Position numbers and translations under genes: made by a program. Of a stretch of DNA of 64,000 bases, positions 19,963 to 30,326 are shown in pieces. The notes under the pieces are model-generated. The model was not told the DNA's origin. It saw only the letters and a program-made list of their open reading frames with translations, and searched no databases. Each line of letters begins with the position of its first letter. Positions within the stretch are counted from its first letter, which is position 1. The DNA comes from a virus: the IMG/VR virus record IMGVR_UViG_2925639251_000002; one strand, 5' to 3'.

Positions 19963-22900
19963 TTGATAGGATGTCACTGCCACACAGATAGGAGTAACAT
20001 AAGGCTTCTAGACTCAACAAACTCAGTTAAAGAACTGCTCAAAACTGCAGTAAAGATGGAATATAAGGGAGTGGCCATAACAGACCATGAAGTCCTCTCA
20101 GCACATTTAGATGCTATTCGAACAGTTAGAGAAATGAAAAAGAAGGGGGATATGCCAGAAGATTTTAAACTGATATTAGGCAATGAAGCGTACCTAGTCG
20201 ATTCTTTAGAGGAAGTAAGAGATAACTATAAATCGGGAGAGACTAAATTTCCGCATTTCTTGATGTTGGCAATTGATCCGAAAGGACATGAGCAGTTAAG
20301 AATACTGTCTTCACAAGCCTGGGAAAACTCATTTTATACAGGAACAATGGAAAGAGTGCCGACAGTAAAAAAGGATGTAGAGGAGCTATTAAGTACAGAT
20401 CCAGGCCACATCATTGCTACCACAGCTTGCCTGGGGTCTGAGGTAAACATTCATCTGTTAAAGATAAAGGCTTTTGAAGAAACTGGTGATTCTCAGTCAA
20501 TTAAGCAGCACAAACTAAAGATTCATGAGTTTATAACTTGGTGTATTGAGGTTTTTGGGAAGGATAAGTTTTTTATCGAGCTTCAACCTGCACTGAGTGA
20601 AGAACAAATTTACTGTAACAAGAAGCTGATAGATATAGCCAACGGGTATGACTTGCAAATGATTGTTACAACAGATGCTCACTATCTAAGACCAGAAGAT
20701 AGAGCAATTCATCAAGCCTTTTTAAACGCTAAGGATGGAGAAAGAGAAGTTGATTCCTTTTATGAAGCCTGTTTCGTTCAAAACGTTGATGAAATTCACG
20801 AGAGAATGGACTACATTGATAAAGAAGTCATCGATCAGGCCATAAAAAATACAATGCTCATTGGTGAGGTGATTGAAGACTATACTATAGAGCACGAACC
20901 AATTATCCCTAAGATGGAGCTTCCTAACTTTAAATTAAGACATTTATTTAAACCAGCATATGATCAATATGAATATATAAAAAAGATGTCTGAATCAGCA
21001 GATGAACAAGATAGATATCTCCTTAAGTTAATTGAGGACGGATTTGAAGAGAAATTAAAAACAAGCGAACTAACGAGAGAAGCTTTTCATAAAATATTGA
21101 ACAGGATTAACGTTGAGCTGGGTGAACTTTGGGAAATCAGCCAAAAGCTGAATCAGTCTATGTCTTCTTATTACATAACAGTTAGAGAAATCATTAATAT
21201 TATTTGGGATGATGAGTGTGGAGGAGATAGTTTAGTTGGGGCAGCCAGGGGAAGTGCTGCAGGTTACTTAGTTAATTATCTACTCGACAATACTCAAATT
21301 AATCCAATGCAATATGATTTACCACATTGGAGACATATACATAAATCGAGACCTGACCTACCAGATATCGATATTGATACTGAAGGATCAAAAAGACAAA
21401 AAATTCTTAAGGCACTAAGAGAAAGGTTTGGAGACAAGCGTGTTCTTCAAATTGCTACTTTTGGAACTGAGGGTTCAAAATCAGCGCTTCAGACAGCATG
21501 TAGAGGCTTAGGAATCGATAATGATATATCCCAGTATTTAAGTGGAATGATTCCATTTGAAAGAGGATCTAACTGGCCTTTAACACATTGTTTTTATGGT
21601 GACAAAGAAACTGGCAGGAAGCCGATTAAAGAGTTTATTAGGGAGGTTGAACAATACCCTAATCTTAAAGAAACAGCTCTAAAAATTGAAGGGTTAACTA
21701 ATAAGCGCTCTTCTCATGCAGCCGGAGTAATTATCTTTAACGATGAATATACAAAGTCGAATGCAATGATGAAAACTCCTAAAGGAGCTTATATTACACA
21801 GTTTAATATGGGTGACAGTGAAGCCATGGGCTCAGTAAAGTTTGACCTTCTTACAATTGAAGCTTTAGATAAGATTAGAGTAACATTAGACCAATTAATC
21901 GAGAATAAAGAAATTGAATGGCAAGGAAGCTTGAAGGAAACATACAACAAATACATCCATCCAGACGTAATTGAGTATGAAGATGATAAGCTATGGGAAA
22001 TGGCTGGTAATGGGGAGATCATGGATTTATTCCAGTTCTCAACTGAAGTCGGTCATCAATCAGTTGTCAAAGTAAAACCTAAGAACTTACTTGAAGCAGC
22101 AGTAACCAATTCTTTAATGAGGCTTATGTCAGACGGTGAAGAACAGCCTGTAGATACATATGTTAAATACAAAAATAACCTTAACAAATGGTATGAAGAA
22201 ATGGCACGGTACGGTCTAAGCGAAAAGGAAATCAGAGTAATGGAGAGGCACCTTAAGGACATTTATGGTGTTGCTGATACTCAAGAAGTGGTTATGCAGA
22301 TGGTTATGGATAAAGATATAGCTAACTTTGACATTAAAGAATCAAATTATCTTAGGAAATCCATAGCAAAAAAGAAAGAAGATGTACTAAAAGAAGTGGA
22401 AGAATTGTTTTTTAAAAAAGGAAAGGAGATTGGCACTTCCGATAACCTGTTGAATTATGTCTGGAATGTTCAATTTAAAAGACAGTTTGGCTACAGTTTT
22501 AGTTTACTTCATACCTTGGCATATTCAATTATTGCATTACAGGAATTGAACTTAAATTATCGATATAATCCTTTATACTGGAATACTGCTTGTTTAACGG
22601 TAAACAGCGGAGGAATAGATACCGAGGATACAAAAGACAACAAAAAGACAGCTGCTACAAACTACGGAAAAGTTGCTTCAGCCATCGGAAACATCAGACA
22701 AAGAGGGATTAAAATAGACCTTCCAGATATAAATAAGGCTGATTTTGGTTTTAGGACTGATATTAACAACAATTCAATTTTATTTGGACTTAAAGGAATG
22801 AATGGAATTGGAGACGATGTTATTCATCATATAGTTCTAAATAGACCATATAGTGACTTTAACGACTTTATTGAAAGAATGTTTAAGAGCGGCATTATTA

Positions 22901-23880
22901 AGAAAGGACAAGTAATCCAATTAATAAAAGGAGGCTGCTTTGATTCTTTTGGAGACAGGCAAGAAATCATGAAGGCCTTTATTAGATTAATATCAGAACC
23001 AAAAAGTAAGCTTACGTTGTCTAATTTAAAAATGCTAATTGAAAACAACATTGTTCCTTCAGAATTTGCACAAGAAGTGAGATTCTTTCGCTTTAAAGAT
23101 TACATCAGCAAAAAGGTGTACAAAACATTAAAGTCGCCAAAAGATAAACTTCTTTTATTGGATGATGTATCAGCTTCATTTTATAACCAGTATTTCAGTG
23201 AGGATAGTGTTGTTGACATGTTAAACGGGCAGCTTGTCATTTCTGAAAAAGCTTTTAAAAAAGAATATGATAACAAGATGTCTAATATAAAGTCCTGGAT
23301 AACAACAGAAGAACCACTGAAGAAATTGAATGATTGTTTATTAATAAAAGAGTGGGAAAAATACGCCGATGGATCATTAGGTAAGTGGGAAATGGATTCA
23401 TTGAGCTATTATTATAATGACCATGAGCTTTCTGGTGTAAACTTTGCCAAGTATGATATTGCTGACTTTTATAAACTGCCAGCAGAGCCGGTCAAAGGTA
23501 AACCTTATCAATGGAGAGGGAAAACTCTCTATGAATATGAGACTACACGGATTATAGGCACTGTTTTAGATAGGGATAAAAACAAACATACAATTACTCT
23601 TCTAACACCAACAGGGGTGGTTACAGTTAAACAGTGGTCGGGCAGCTTTAGTCATTACAATAAACAGATTTCTAGATCCATTGGTGGCGGAAAGAAAGAG
23701 GTAGTCGAGAAATCTTGGTATACCAGAGGAACATTGCTCATGTTTACTGGTTTCAGAAGAGGTAACAATTTTATTCCGAAGGTCTATAAAAATAGCATAT
23801 ATAATCACACAGTCTGCAGAATAGATTTTGTTGATAATGAAGGAAGTATGAGTTTGACAACTAAAAGGGCAGAAATATAA
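19963..23880 (+). CDS. yorL: DNA polymerase III alpha subunit (DnaE type)
   Basis: PHP domain HCHT/AITDH, RGSAAG, PDIDID, FGYSF; 1305 aa. Confidence 0.93.
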   Translation: MIGCHCHTDRSNIRLLDSTNSVKELLKTAVKMEYKGVAITDHEVLSAHLDAIRTVREMKKKGDMPEDFKLILGNEAYLVDSLEEVRDNYKSGETKFPHFLMLAIDPKGHEQLRILSSQAWENSFYTGTMERVPTVKKDVEELLSTDPGHIIATTACLGSEVNIHLLKIKAFEETGDSQSIKQHKLKIHEFITWCIEVFGKDKFFIELQPALSEEQIYCNKKLIDIANGYDLQMIVTTDAHYLRPEDRAIHQAFLNAKDGEREVDSFYEACFVQNVDEIHERMDYIDKEVIDQAIKNTMLIGEVIEDYTIEHEPIIPKMELPNFKLRHLFKPAYDQYEYIKKMSESADEQDRYLLKLIEDGFEEKLKTSELTREAFHKILNRINVELGELWEISQKLNQSMSSYYITVREIINIIWDDECGGDSLVGAARGSAAGYLVNYLLDNTQINPMQYDLPHWRHIHKSRPDLPDIDIDTEGSKRQKILKALRERFGDKRVLQIATFGTEGSKSALQTACRGLGIDNDISQYLSGMIPFERGSNWPLTHCFYGDKETGRKPIKEFIREVEQYPNLKETALKIEGLTNKRSSHAAGVIIFNDEYTKSNAMMKTPKGAYITQFNMGDSEAMGSVKFDLLTIEALDKIRVTLDQLIENKEIEWQGSLKETYNKYIHPDVIEYEDDKLWEMAGNGEIMDLFQFSTEVGHQSVVKVKPKNLLEAAVTNSLMRLMSDGEEQPVDTYVKYKNNLNKWYEEMARYGLSEKEIRVMERHLKDIYGVADTQEVVMQMVMDKDIANFDIKESNYLRKSIAKKKEDVLKEVEELFFKKGKEIGTSDNLLNYVWNVQFKRQFGYSFSLLHTLAYSIIALQELNLNYRYNPLYWNTACLTVNSGGIDTEDTKDNKKTAATNYGKVASAIGNIRQRGIKIDLPDINKADFGFRTDINNNSILFGLKGMNGIGDDVIHHIVLNRPYSDFNDFIERMFKSGIIKKGQVIQLIKGGCFDSFGDRQEIMKAFIRLISEPKSKLTLSNLKMLIENNIVPSEFAQEVRFFRFKDYISKKVYKTLKSPKDKLLLLDDVSASFYNQYFSEDSVVDMLNGQLVISEKAFKKEYDNKMSNIKSWITTEEPLKKLNDCLLIKEWEKYADGSLGKWEMDSLSYYYNDHELSGVNFAKYDIADFYKLPAEPVKGKPYQWRGKTLYEYETTRIIGTVLDRDKNKHTITLLTPTGVVTVKQWSGSFSHYNKQISRSIGGGKKEVVEKSWYTRGTLLMFTGFRRGNNFIPKVYKNSIYNHTVCRIDFVDNEGSMSLTTKRAEI

Positions 23881-23890
23881 ATTTTAGCTG

Positions 23891-24625
23891 ATGATAGGAG
23901 AGATGAAAATTTTCAAAAAACTTATAGACAAACACAAAAAATATGTATATCATAGAATTAACGAAATGACACTTTTTGCTACAATTGGTTTGTTAGGAGT
24001 AGGGCTCGTATATAGCGCTAAAAACTTGTATACACATCAGGACAATCAAGTCTCAATAAAAGAGTCATTTTATCTAAATAAAAAAGAGGTGACCCAAAAA
24101 CTAATTCATGAAATTGACGTTCCAAGAATCCTTCCCAGGCTAAAGAGTGAGGAAGAAAAGCAGGCTGAAAGTAGAAAAAAGTATCTTAATGCGACGATTA
24201 CATATCTAACAGAAGAAAATAAAAAAGCAGCAAAACATACAAAAACAAAAAAAGTGCAAAAAATTAATAAAAAGAGAAGTGAAGATAACCCAGCTTCAAA
24301 AAGTACTAATGTAAAGGCAGTGAAGAGTCATGAAGTGATTGCCACTGCTTACACAGCGTTTTGTTCTACAGGGTGCATAGGGAAAACAAAAACCGGCTAT
24401 GATGTATCAAACACATCCTATTACAATGGAAAAAGAATAATCGCTGTTGATCCAGAAATAATTCCTTTGTATTCATTAGTGCAAGTTTCATATGAAGGGA
24501 ATAGCTTTCAAGCATATGCAATAGATACAGGAGGAGATATTAAAAACAATCGAATTGATATTCTATTGGACAGTGAGCAAGAAGCAAATGCATTTGGTCG
24601 TAAAAATGTAAGAGTGAGCTGGTAA
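23891..24625 (+). CDS. yorM: 3D-domain (cell-wall) protein
   Basis: ATAY, IAVDPEIIPL, AIDTGGDIKNNRIDI; N-terminal TM helix. Confidence 0.85.
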   Translation: MIGEMKIFKKLIDKHKKYVYHRINEMTLFATIGLLGVGLVYSAKNLYTHQDNQVSIKESFYLNKKEVTQKLIHEIDVPRILPRLKSEEEKQAESRKKYLNATITYLTEENKKAAKHTKTKKVQKINKKRSEDNPASKSTNVKAVKSHEVIATAYTAFCSTGCIGKTKTGYDVSNTSYYNGKRIIAVDPEIIPLYSLVQVSYEGNSFQAYAIDTGGDIKNNRIDILLDSEQEANAFGRKNVRVSW

Positions 24626-24733
24626 ATCGATCCAAATAACTGAAAGGTATAAACATTTCAACAATTCGTTCGATGCAATACATAACATGAAATTTATCCC
24701 AAGGAAAACTATTACATAGAGAGAGTGAAGAGG

Positions 24734-24892
24734 ATGTTCATTTTAGATAAAGAGGCCAGGGTCAAATCAACTGGGGAGTGCGGGGTTATTGAAGCCATTT
24801 ACCCTGAAACAAAGACAGTGGAACTTTGTTATTATGATGGAACTTATGATGAAAGGAGTTTTGATGATGTTGTTATGGCATCAAGTAGTTAA
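24734..24892 (+). CDS. Small phage protein YorN-like (52 aa), not in the ORF track
   Basis: AGAGG RBS + ATG; synteny. Confidence 0.6.
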   Translation: MFILDKEARVKSTGECGVIEAIYPETKTVELCYYDGTYDERSFDDVVMASSS

Positions 24893-24928
24893 AATTTCAA
24901 GACAAAATTAAAAAATAGGGTGAGATAA

Positions 24929-25126
24929 TTGAAGTGTATTCAAATTGAAATGTCATTCACAGACGAATATGGACAGGTAACCAAATTAAATAAGACTTAT
25001 AAACCGTCGATTATTGAAGAACATAAAGGGGAAATCCCTGGATTGTTGTTAGATGATTTTAAGAGGTTCTTGTCGTCCCTTGGGTTTAATGAAAAACAGG
25101 TTTCTAGAATAGTAACAGAAGATTAA
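24929..25126 (+). CDS. yorO: Phage protein YorO-like
   Basis: 65 aa, synteny. Confidence 0.6.
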   Translation: MKCIQIEMSFTDEYGQVTKLNKTYKPSIIEEHKGEIPGLLLDDFKRFLSSLGFNEKQVSRIVTED

Positions 25127-25137
25127 GAGGTTTTTTA

Positions 25138-25374
25138 TTGAGGGGAGGTGGTATTAAATTGCCTAAATACTGGAGTTATCCTGTTGGGCTAGCTGTAGAA
25201 ATTAACAATAATGCACGATACGGATGCCCACATCATGTGGGGAGAAAAGGAAAGATTATCGAGCATTTACATTCAGCTACATATGACTATGCAGTTAGCG
25301 ATGAAACAGGTGACATTACTTACTTTAAAGAACATGAATTAACGCCACTAAAGGGAGGATTAACTTATGTTTAG
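25138..25374 (+). CDS. yorP: YorP-family protein (start probably TTG ~25159)
   Basis: PKYWSYPVGLAVEINNNARYGCPHHVGRKG. Confidence 0.75.
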   Translation: MRGGGIKLPKYWSYPVGLAVEINNNARYGCPHHVGRKGKIIEHLHSATYDYAVSDETGDITYFKEHELTPLKGGLTYV

Positions 25375-25522
25375 AAAAGGTCAAAAGGTAATTGTTGATT
25401 TTACAGATGAGATTGGAGCTGTTGCGAAAGTTGATTACCGATACAACCAGGTAGAAGTGAAGTATCCTGACGGTACTTATCAGGTTGTTGGATTTCATAA
25501 AATAAGAAAGGTGGAGGATTAA
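25367..25522 (+). CDS. Small phage protein YorQ-like (51 aa), not in the ORF track
   Basis: GGAGG RBS + ATG; MFRKGQKVIVDF... Confidence 0.65.
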   Translation: MFRKGQKVIVDFTDEIGAVAKVDYRYNQVEVKYPDGTYQVVGFHKIRKVED

Positions 25523-26019
25523 TGGCATTAATTATCTTGGAGGGGCCTGATTGCTGCTTTAAATCAACAGTTGCAGCAAAGCTAAGCAAAGAACTGAAGT
25601 ATCCAATTATCAAAGGTTCAAGCTTTGAGTTGGCCACAAGCGGGAATGAGAAATTATTCGAGCACTTCAACAAATTAGCTGACGAAGACAACGTGATTAT
25701 TGACAGGTTTGTTTATTCTAACTTGGTATATGCAAAGAAATTTAAAGATTACTCGATCCTTACAGAGGAACAGCTTAGATTTATTGAAGATAAAATTAAA
25801 GCAAAGGCGAAGGTTGTGTACTTACATGCTGATCCAAGCATTATTAAGGAACGGTTAAGCGTACGGGGAGATGAGTATATAGAAGGAAAAGACATTGATT
25901 CAATTTTAGAGTTGTATAGAGAAGTTATGAGCAATGCGGGATTACATACATATTCATGGGATACTGGACAATGGTCAAGTGACGAAATTGCTAAAGACAT
26001 AATCTTTTTAGTGGAATAG
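25522..26019 (+). CDS. yorR: Nucleotide (dTMP-like) kinase
   Basis: LEGPDCCFKST P-loop, DRF motif. Confidence 0.85.
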   Translation: MALIILEGPDCCFKSTVAAKLSKELKYPIIKGSSFELATSGNEKLFEHFNKLADEDNVIIDRFVYSNLVYAKKFKDYSILTEEQLRFIEDKIKAKAKVVYLHADPSIIKERLSVRGDEYIEGKDIDSILELYREVMSNAGLHTYSWDTGQWSSDEIAKDIIFLVE

Positions 26020-26027
26020 GGGAATTT

Positions 26028-26546
26028 ATGAAAAAAGTAATTGCAATTGACATGGATCAGGTCTTAGCTGATTTACTAAGTGATTGGGTAGCTAACATTA
26101 ACACACACGATGATCCTTTTCTCAAAGAGGAGGACATCCTGTGCTGGGATATAAAAAAATATACAAATACCAACAATAATGTTTATAGACATTTAGATTA
26201 CAATTTGTTCAGAAATCTTAATGTTATAGAAGGCAGCCAAAGAGTAGTAAAAGAGCTGATGAAGAAATATGAAGTATATGTTGTGACTACTGCAACAAAC
26301 CATCCAGAGTCCCTTAAAGCAAAGCTTGAATGGCTTACTGAGCATTTTTCTTTTATCCCACATAGCAATGTAGTGCTTTGTGGCAATAAAAGCATAATTA
26401 AAGCAGACATCATGATAGATGACGGAATACATAACTTAGAATCATTTGAAGGAATGAAGATTCTATTTGATGCTCCCCATAACAGGAATGACAACAGATT
26501 TATTCGTGTTATGAACTGGGAAGAGATTGAACGAAAATTACTTTAA
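26028..26546 (+). CDS. yorS: 5'(3')-deoxyribonucleotidase (HAD family)
   Basis: IAIDMDQVLAD, IDD motifs. Confidence 0.88.
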   Translation: MKKVIAIDMDQVLADLLSDWVANINTHDDPFLKEEDILCWDIKKYTNTNNNVYRHLDYNLFRNLNVIEGSQRVVKELMKKYEVYVVTTATNHPESLKAKLEWLTEHFSFIPHSNVVLCGNKSIIKADIMIDDGIHNLESFEGMKILFDAPHNRNDNRFIRVMNWEEIERKLL

Positions 26547-26577
26547 AATATCTCATTTATCCAGAAAGGAGAAAACA

Positions 26578-26697
26578 GTGGAACGTTTTATTAAAAGACT
26601 GTCAGCTTCTTGTGAGTCAACAATTCATCACAAGGTTTATCAAATTATGAACGAAGCAAAAACAGAGTTTGAAAAAGTGCTAAAGAAATTAAAATAA
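26578..26697 (+). CDS. Small phage protein YorT-like (39 aa)
   Basis: AAGGAG RBS + GTG; synteny. Confidence 0.55.
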   Translation: MERFIKRLSASCESTIHHKVYQIMNEAKTEFEKVLKKLK

Positions 26698-26780
26698 AAG
26701 ATCAATTTTATAGAAAGGAGACAGAGGATATTTCAGAAGAACATAAAAACAAAATAAATAAAAATAAATTCACAAAATTT

Positions 26781-27380
26781 GTGACGGTTTCAAATTCACC
26801 AACATGCCAAAAACTCTTGAAGGATTTAGAAGAAACGTTTAAGAGCATGGCAAATTGTTTGGTACTTATAAAGACATCTCAACCAGTAATAAGTGATAAT
26901 TATTATGTTGAACATCAAGAAATTCTAAACTATCATTTAGAGTTCTTCTTAATTAAATATTCAACCATTCTTGACCAACAATTGCTGATTTGTAATGCTG
27001 CCTTAAAGCTGGGATTTAAGGAGAAACAATGCAAATTAAATCATTTGAAATTTAAAAGGGCTATGAAAAATTCATCTAGAGCGTTACACAAAATGTTTTG
27101 TGAACATAAAAAACAATTTTTATATGAATCTCATTTAAGGAATAGGATTGTGCATCAGGGGCCTATTCATTACCCCACTCTAGAAGTTTTAAAAATATTT
27201 AATTCATTTGTTACGTCATCTGACTTGATTACTGAACATAACGGTACTCTTATTCAGGAATTTCAAGGGGTTGAAACATTGCGAAAAGAGTTAGAAGATA
27301 AACTAAATAAGGCAGTTAAATATAATAATGATCTTCTTAACTTACTTTTCTCTGAGCTAAATAACAAGAATACTAGATAA
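26781..27380 (+). CDS. Putative HEPN-domain protein (may start at ATT 26730)
   Basis: Rx4H motif RNRIVH preceded by FLIKYSTILD; all-helical character. Confidence 0.6.
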   Translation: MTVSNSPTCQKLLKDLEETFKSMANCLVLIKTSQPVISDNYYVEHQEILNYHLEFFLIKYSTILDQQLLICNAALKLGFKEKQCKLNHLKFKRAMKNSSRALHKMFCEHKKQFLYESHLRNRIVHQGPIHYPTLEVLKIFNSFVTSSDLITEHNGTLIQEFQGVETLRKELEDKLNKAVKYNNDLLNLLFSELNNKNTR

Positions 27381-27423
27381 AATTTGTCTTTTATACAAAT
27401 ATAAAATAAGAGGAGTGTATTGA

Positions 27424-27642
27424 TTGGAAAGTTACCCTGAGTCCTTAAAAAGAGAGACAGAGGAGATTAAAGAGCGTGTTAGGAATGGAAATATCAAAGA
27501 AGACAGGATTAAAGAAATTGCAGAAACGACAGTTGAGTTTTTGAAATCAGAGGAGAAAAGACATAAATACTTTTCTGAAGTTGCTGCAGCTATGGCTGAT
27601 AACTTAAGTGAGTTTTTCAAATTTTATTTGAAAGGAGAGTGA
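27424..27642 (+). CDS. yorV: Phage protein YorV-like
   Basis: 72 aa, synteny. Confidence 0.6.
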   Translation: MESYPESLKRETEEIKERVRNGNIKEDRIKEIAETTVEFLKSEEKRHKYFSEVAAAMADNLSEFFKFYLKGE

Positions 27643-28010
27643 ATATGCTAACTGATCAAGAAAAAATTGACTTGGTAAACGCTCTTGATTTTGTAGTTAT
27701 TGAACCACATACACAAAGCATTTACGTACATAACGATGAAAAGACCAATGGAGTATTAGCTAGGGTTTTGCACACTATTTCAGTAGATGAGTATATTGAG
27801 AGCTTTAAAAAAGGGAGTCTAATTGATATCTTTCCAGCAGCAATGCAAGAAGCCGGTGCGGAAGGATTTAAAGATGGCCAGTTTGTGATTATGCCAAAGA
27901 AATTTTATGTTGATCAATGTTATGCGATGAGTAAGGAAATCGAGCGGTTAACTAACCTAATCACTCTACACAATATTAAACCAAATACATATCAAGGCTT
28001 GATTCATTAA
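27639..28010 (+). CDS. Phage protein YorW-like
   Basis: ORF, synteny. Confidence 0.6.
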   Translation: MNMLTDQEKIDLVNALDFVVIEPHTQSIYVHNDEKTNGVLARVLHTISVDEYIESFKKGSLIDIFPAAMQEAGAEGFKDGQFVIMPKKFYVDQCYAMSKEIERLTNLITLHNIKPNTYQGLIH

Positions 28011-28049
28011 ATTGTTTCAAGAAAAAATGAAAGGATAAAGGGATGTTTA

Positions 28050-28277
28050 TTGAAAAAGTATTATGTAAGGTGTAAAGACAGCAAAGGTGAAAATGCGTCT
28101 CTAGTTATTGAGGCGCTATCACCTGAACATGCAAAAGAACAAGCATACGAAGTACATGAGGTAAGGGATATTTATAATGTAAGTCTGGGAGAAGGAAAGT
28201 CAAGGAACTATCTTGCCCGAAATCATTCTCCGTACATAAAAAATGACAATGGAAAAGCAATAATCATATTTTTATAA
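28050..28277 (+). CDS. Phage protein YorX-like
   Basis: 75 aa, synteny. Confidence 0.55.
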   Translation: MKKYYVRCKDSKGENASLVIEALSPEHAKEQAYEVHEVRDIYNVSLGEGKSRNYLARNHSPYIKNDNGKAIIIFL

Positions 28278-28289
28278 GGGGAGGATATC

Positions 28290-28472
28290 ATTAAGGATAT
28301 TGTAAGAGATCTTGTTATTGATGACATTGATGCTGCCGAAGGAGTATTAGATAAACTCTATGTTTATTTAGAAAACACTTTAAGGCCTGAAGAAAAGCGT
28401 GTTTGGGAGCGGTGTGATAAAGATATAATATCTGTTTTTGCAAAGCTGAAAAATATTAAAGAAATTATTTAA
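28290..28472 (+). CDS. Small phage protein (60 aa) with putative ATT start
   Basis: GGGGAGG RBS then ATT AAG GAT...; open to TAA 28472. Confidence 0.55.
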   Translation: MKDIVRDLVIDDIDAAEGVLDKLYVYLENTLRPEEKRVWERCDKDIISVFAKLKNIKEII

Positions 28473-28532
28473 AAACCGATAGACAAATATAAATAATATG
28501 TATATAATAAATTTACATTAAGGCAAAGGAGA

Positions 28533-28751
28533 GTGTTAATGAATCATATATGTGACATCTGTAAAGAGTACATAAGCGGAAAAACAATTTGTCTTAGGAT
28601 CAGCGATGAAAAAACTTATGTAGACTTCAATTGTTGTGAAGGTTGTGCAAAGGGTTATTCCGATAAAGTGAAAAATGAATGCAGCAATTTAAGTGTTAAG
28701 AAGACATTAGAACATTTAGGATTAAATAACAAATACAAAATAAGAGGATAA
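28533..28751 (+). CDS. Cys-rich phage protein (YorZ-like)
   Basis: CxxC...CCxxC; downstream of an early promoter. Confidence 0.6.
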   Translation: MLMNHICDICKEYISGKTICLRISDEKTYVDFNCCEGCAKGYSDKVKNECSNLSVKKTLEHLGLNNKYKIRG

Positions 28752-28785
28752 AATATTCCTTTTATCGAGAATGGAGAGATGATGA

Positions 28786-29049
28786 GTGAATCAAGAAAAA
28801 TGGGTAATCGTAGTTAGACGTGATGGAGATAAAAACAATGGAAAAGTATATAACAATTTTGTTACTGGAGAAAATTTGATTTTCACAAACCTGGAAGAAG
28901 CAGAAAAGTTCGCATTGAAAATTGAAACCGAAGGTAGAGGGTTATGGACATTGGTTGAACCATATGAAAAGCATGTGTTAACTGAAAAAGCTTTTGATGA
29001 CAGTTTTGTCGCTACTATGAAAGCTAATCGTGAATCAACCCATGTGTAA
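28786..29049 (+). CDS. Hypothetical phage protein
   Basis: 87 aa ORF. Confidence 0.55.
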   Translation: MNQEKWVIVVRRDGDKNNGKVYNNFVTGENLIFTNLEEAEKFALKIETEGRGLWTLVEPYEKHVLTEKAFDDSFVATMKANRESTHV

Positions 29050-29073
29050 GCGATAAGGAGAGGAGACAATTTA

Positions 29074-29622
29074 ATGACAAAGACCTGGTTCATCAGCGAT
29101 CCTCACTTTGGCCATAAGAATATCATCAAATATGAAGGTAATAAACGACTATTTAAAGACACTGAACATATGGACAATGTGATTATTGAGAACTTCAATA
29201 AAACAGTTAGCGAAGGTGATACAGTCTTTTGGCTTGGAGACATGTTCTTCTGTAATTCAAAAAGAATTGAGTACATAGTGAGTCGGCTAAAGAAAACTAG
29301 AAACATTCTTATTAGAGGAAATCATGACAAAGGAATTTCAGATACAAAGTTTAGAAGACTTGGTTTTGATCCACATAGGATGTATCTCTATGAGGATTAC
29401 ATACTTACTCATGAACCAATTTCTCAGGTGAATATGAACAGATTAATTGAGGAATTTCAACTTTGCTGTAATGTACATGGGCATACACACAGTGAGGAAA
29501 CTGGTCTCGAAAAGCTAAGTCATGTTTGTGTAAGTGTTGAAAATACCGACTTTAAGCCAGTAACGATGGATTGGATTAACTCGAAAAGGTGGGAAGGTGT
29601 AAGAAATCCTCATTGGAAATAG
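29074..29622 (+). CDS. Calcineurin-like metallophosphoesterase
   Basis: SDPHFGH, LGD, RGNHD, HEP, VHGHTH motifs. Confidence 0.88.
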   Translation: MTKTWFISDPHFGHKNIIKYEGNKRLFKDTEHMDNVIIENFNKTVSEGDTVFWLGDMFFCNSKRIEYIVSRLKKTRNILIRGNHDKGISDTKFRRLGFDPHRMYLYEDYILTHEPISQVNMNRLIEEFQLCCNVHGHTHSEETGLEKLSHVCVSVENTDFKPVTMDWINSKRWEGVRNPHWK

Positions 29623-29904
29623 AAATTAATTTCCCGGGCAAGCGCAGTATGCGACAAATCAAAACAAATAACGAGGAGTGACATGGTGCAATTTGCAATT
29701 AATATTCTTGAACTCATCGGTCTTTTGTTGATTGGACTTGTATCATTAGATACATATGGATCGAAAAGGAGAATAAAACCTCAAATCGCTTTTGGAATAT
29801 TAGTTATAGCTGGAATGTCATTCTTAACCGGTTTGGGTTTATTGATTATAAGTAATATCTAAATAAAATTCAATTTTTATAGAGACTTTTAAGGAGGTGA
29901 ATAA

Positions 29905-30312
29905 GTGGGACGACATAAAGCAACATTTGAAGGGAAGGTAATTAAAAAAAGTTGGACATTAGGCCTGTGTGATGCCCTTGTCCCAATTGAGCAGCAATGT
30001 GAATACCAGCCATTTTTTGAAGGAGTTATCGACTTAGACCCAATTGAAGTCGGAGGGAAAGTGTATATCCCAGGATTTAACGAATATGTAGTCGTAACAG
30101 ACAGGCAACGCAACACAAAAAATGAATGGACATATCAGACTGACAAGATCATTAAAACAGTTGAAGATAAAGAGAGTCTTGAAAAAGTAATTCAAAAACA
30201 AGAAAAAATCGAGGAATTTAATCAGCAACTTAAACAAGAATATGAACGCTTTAAAGAGCAAGAAGAAAAACGTAAAACTTCCTGGTGGAAGAGGCTAATT
30301 AAAAAAGACTAA
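29905..30312 (+). CDS. Phage protein (yos block)
   Basis: 135 aa, GGAGGTGA RBS. Confidence 0.65.
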   Translation: MGRHKATFEGKVIKKSWTLGLCDALVPIEQQCEYQPFFEGVIDLDPIEVGGKVYIPGFNEYVVVTDRQRNTKNEWTYQTDKIIKTVEDKESLEKVIQKQEKIEEFNQQLKQEYERFKEQEEKRKTSWWKRLIKKD

Positions 30313-30326
30313 AGGAGAGATATTTA

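Noticed and set aside
15554-23880. Many short minus-strand ORFs in the replication genes (e.g. 16370-16591, 18756-19016, 21789-22022)
   Set aside because: Antisense shadows of long conserved genes, with no RBS or motifs
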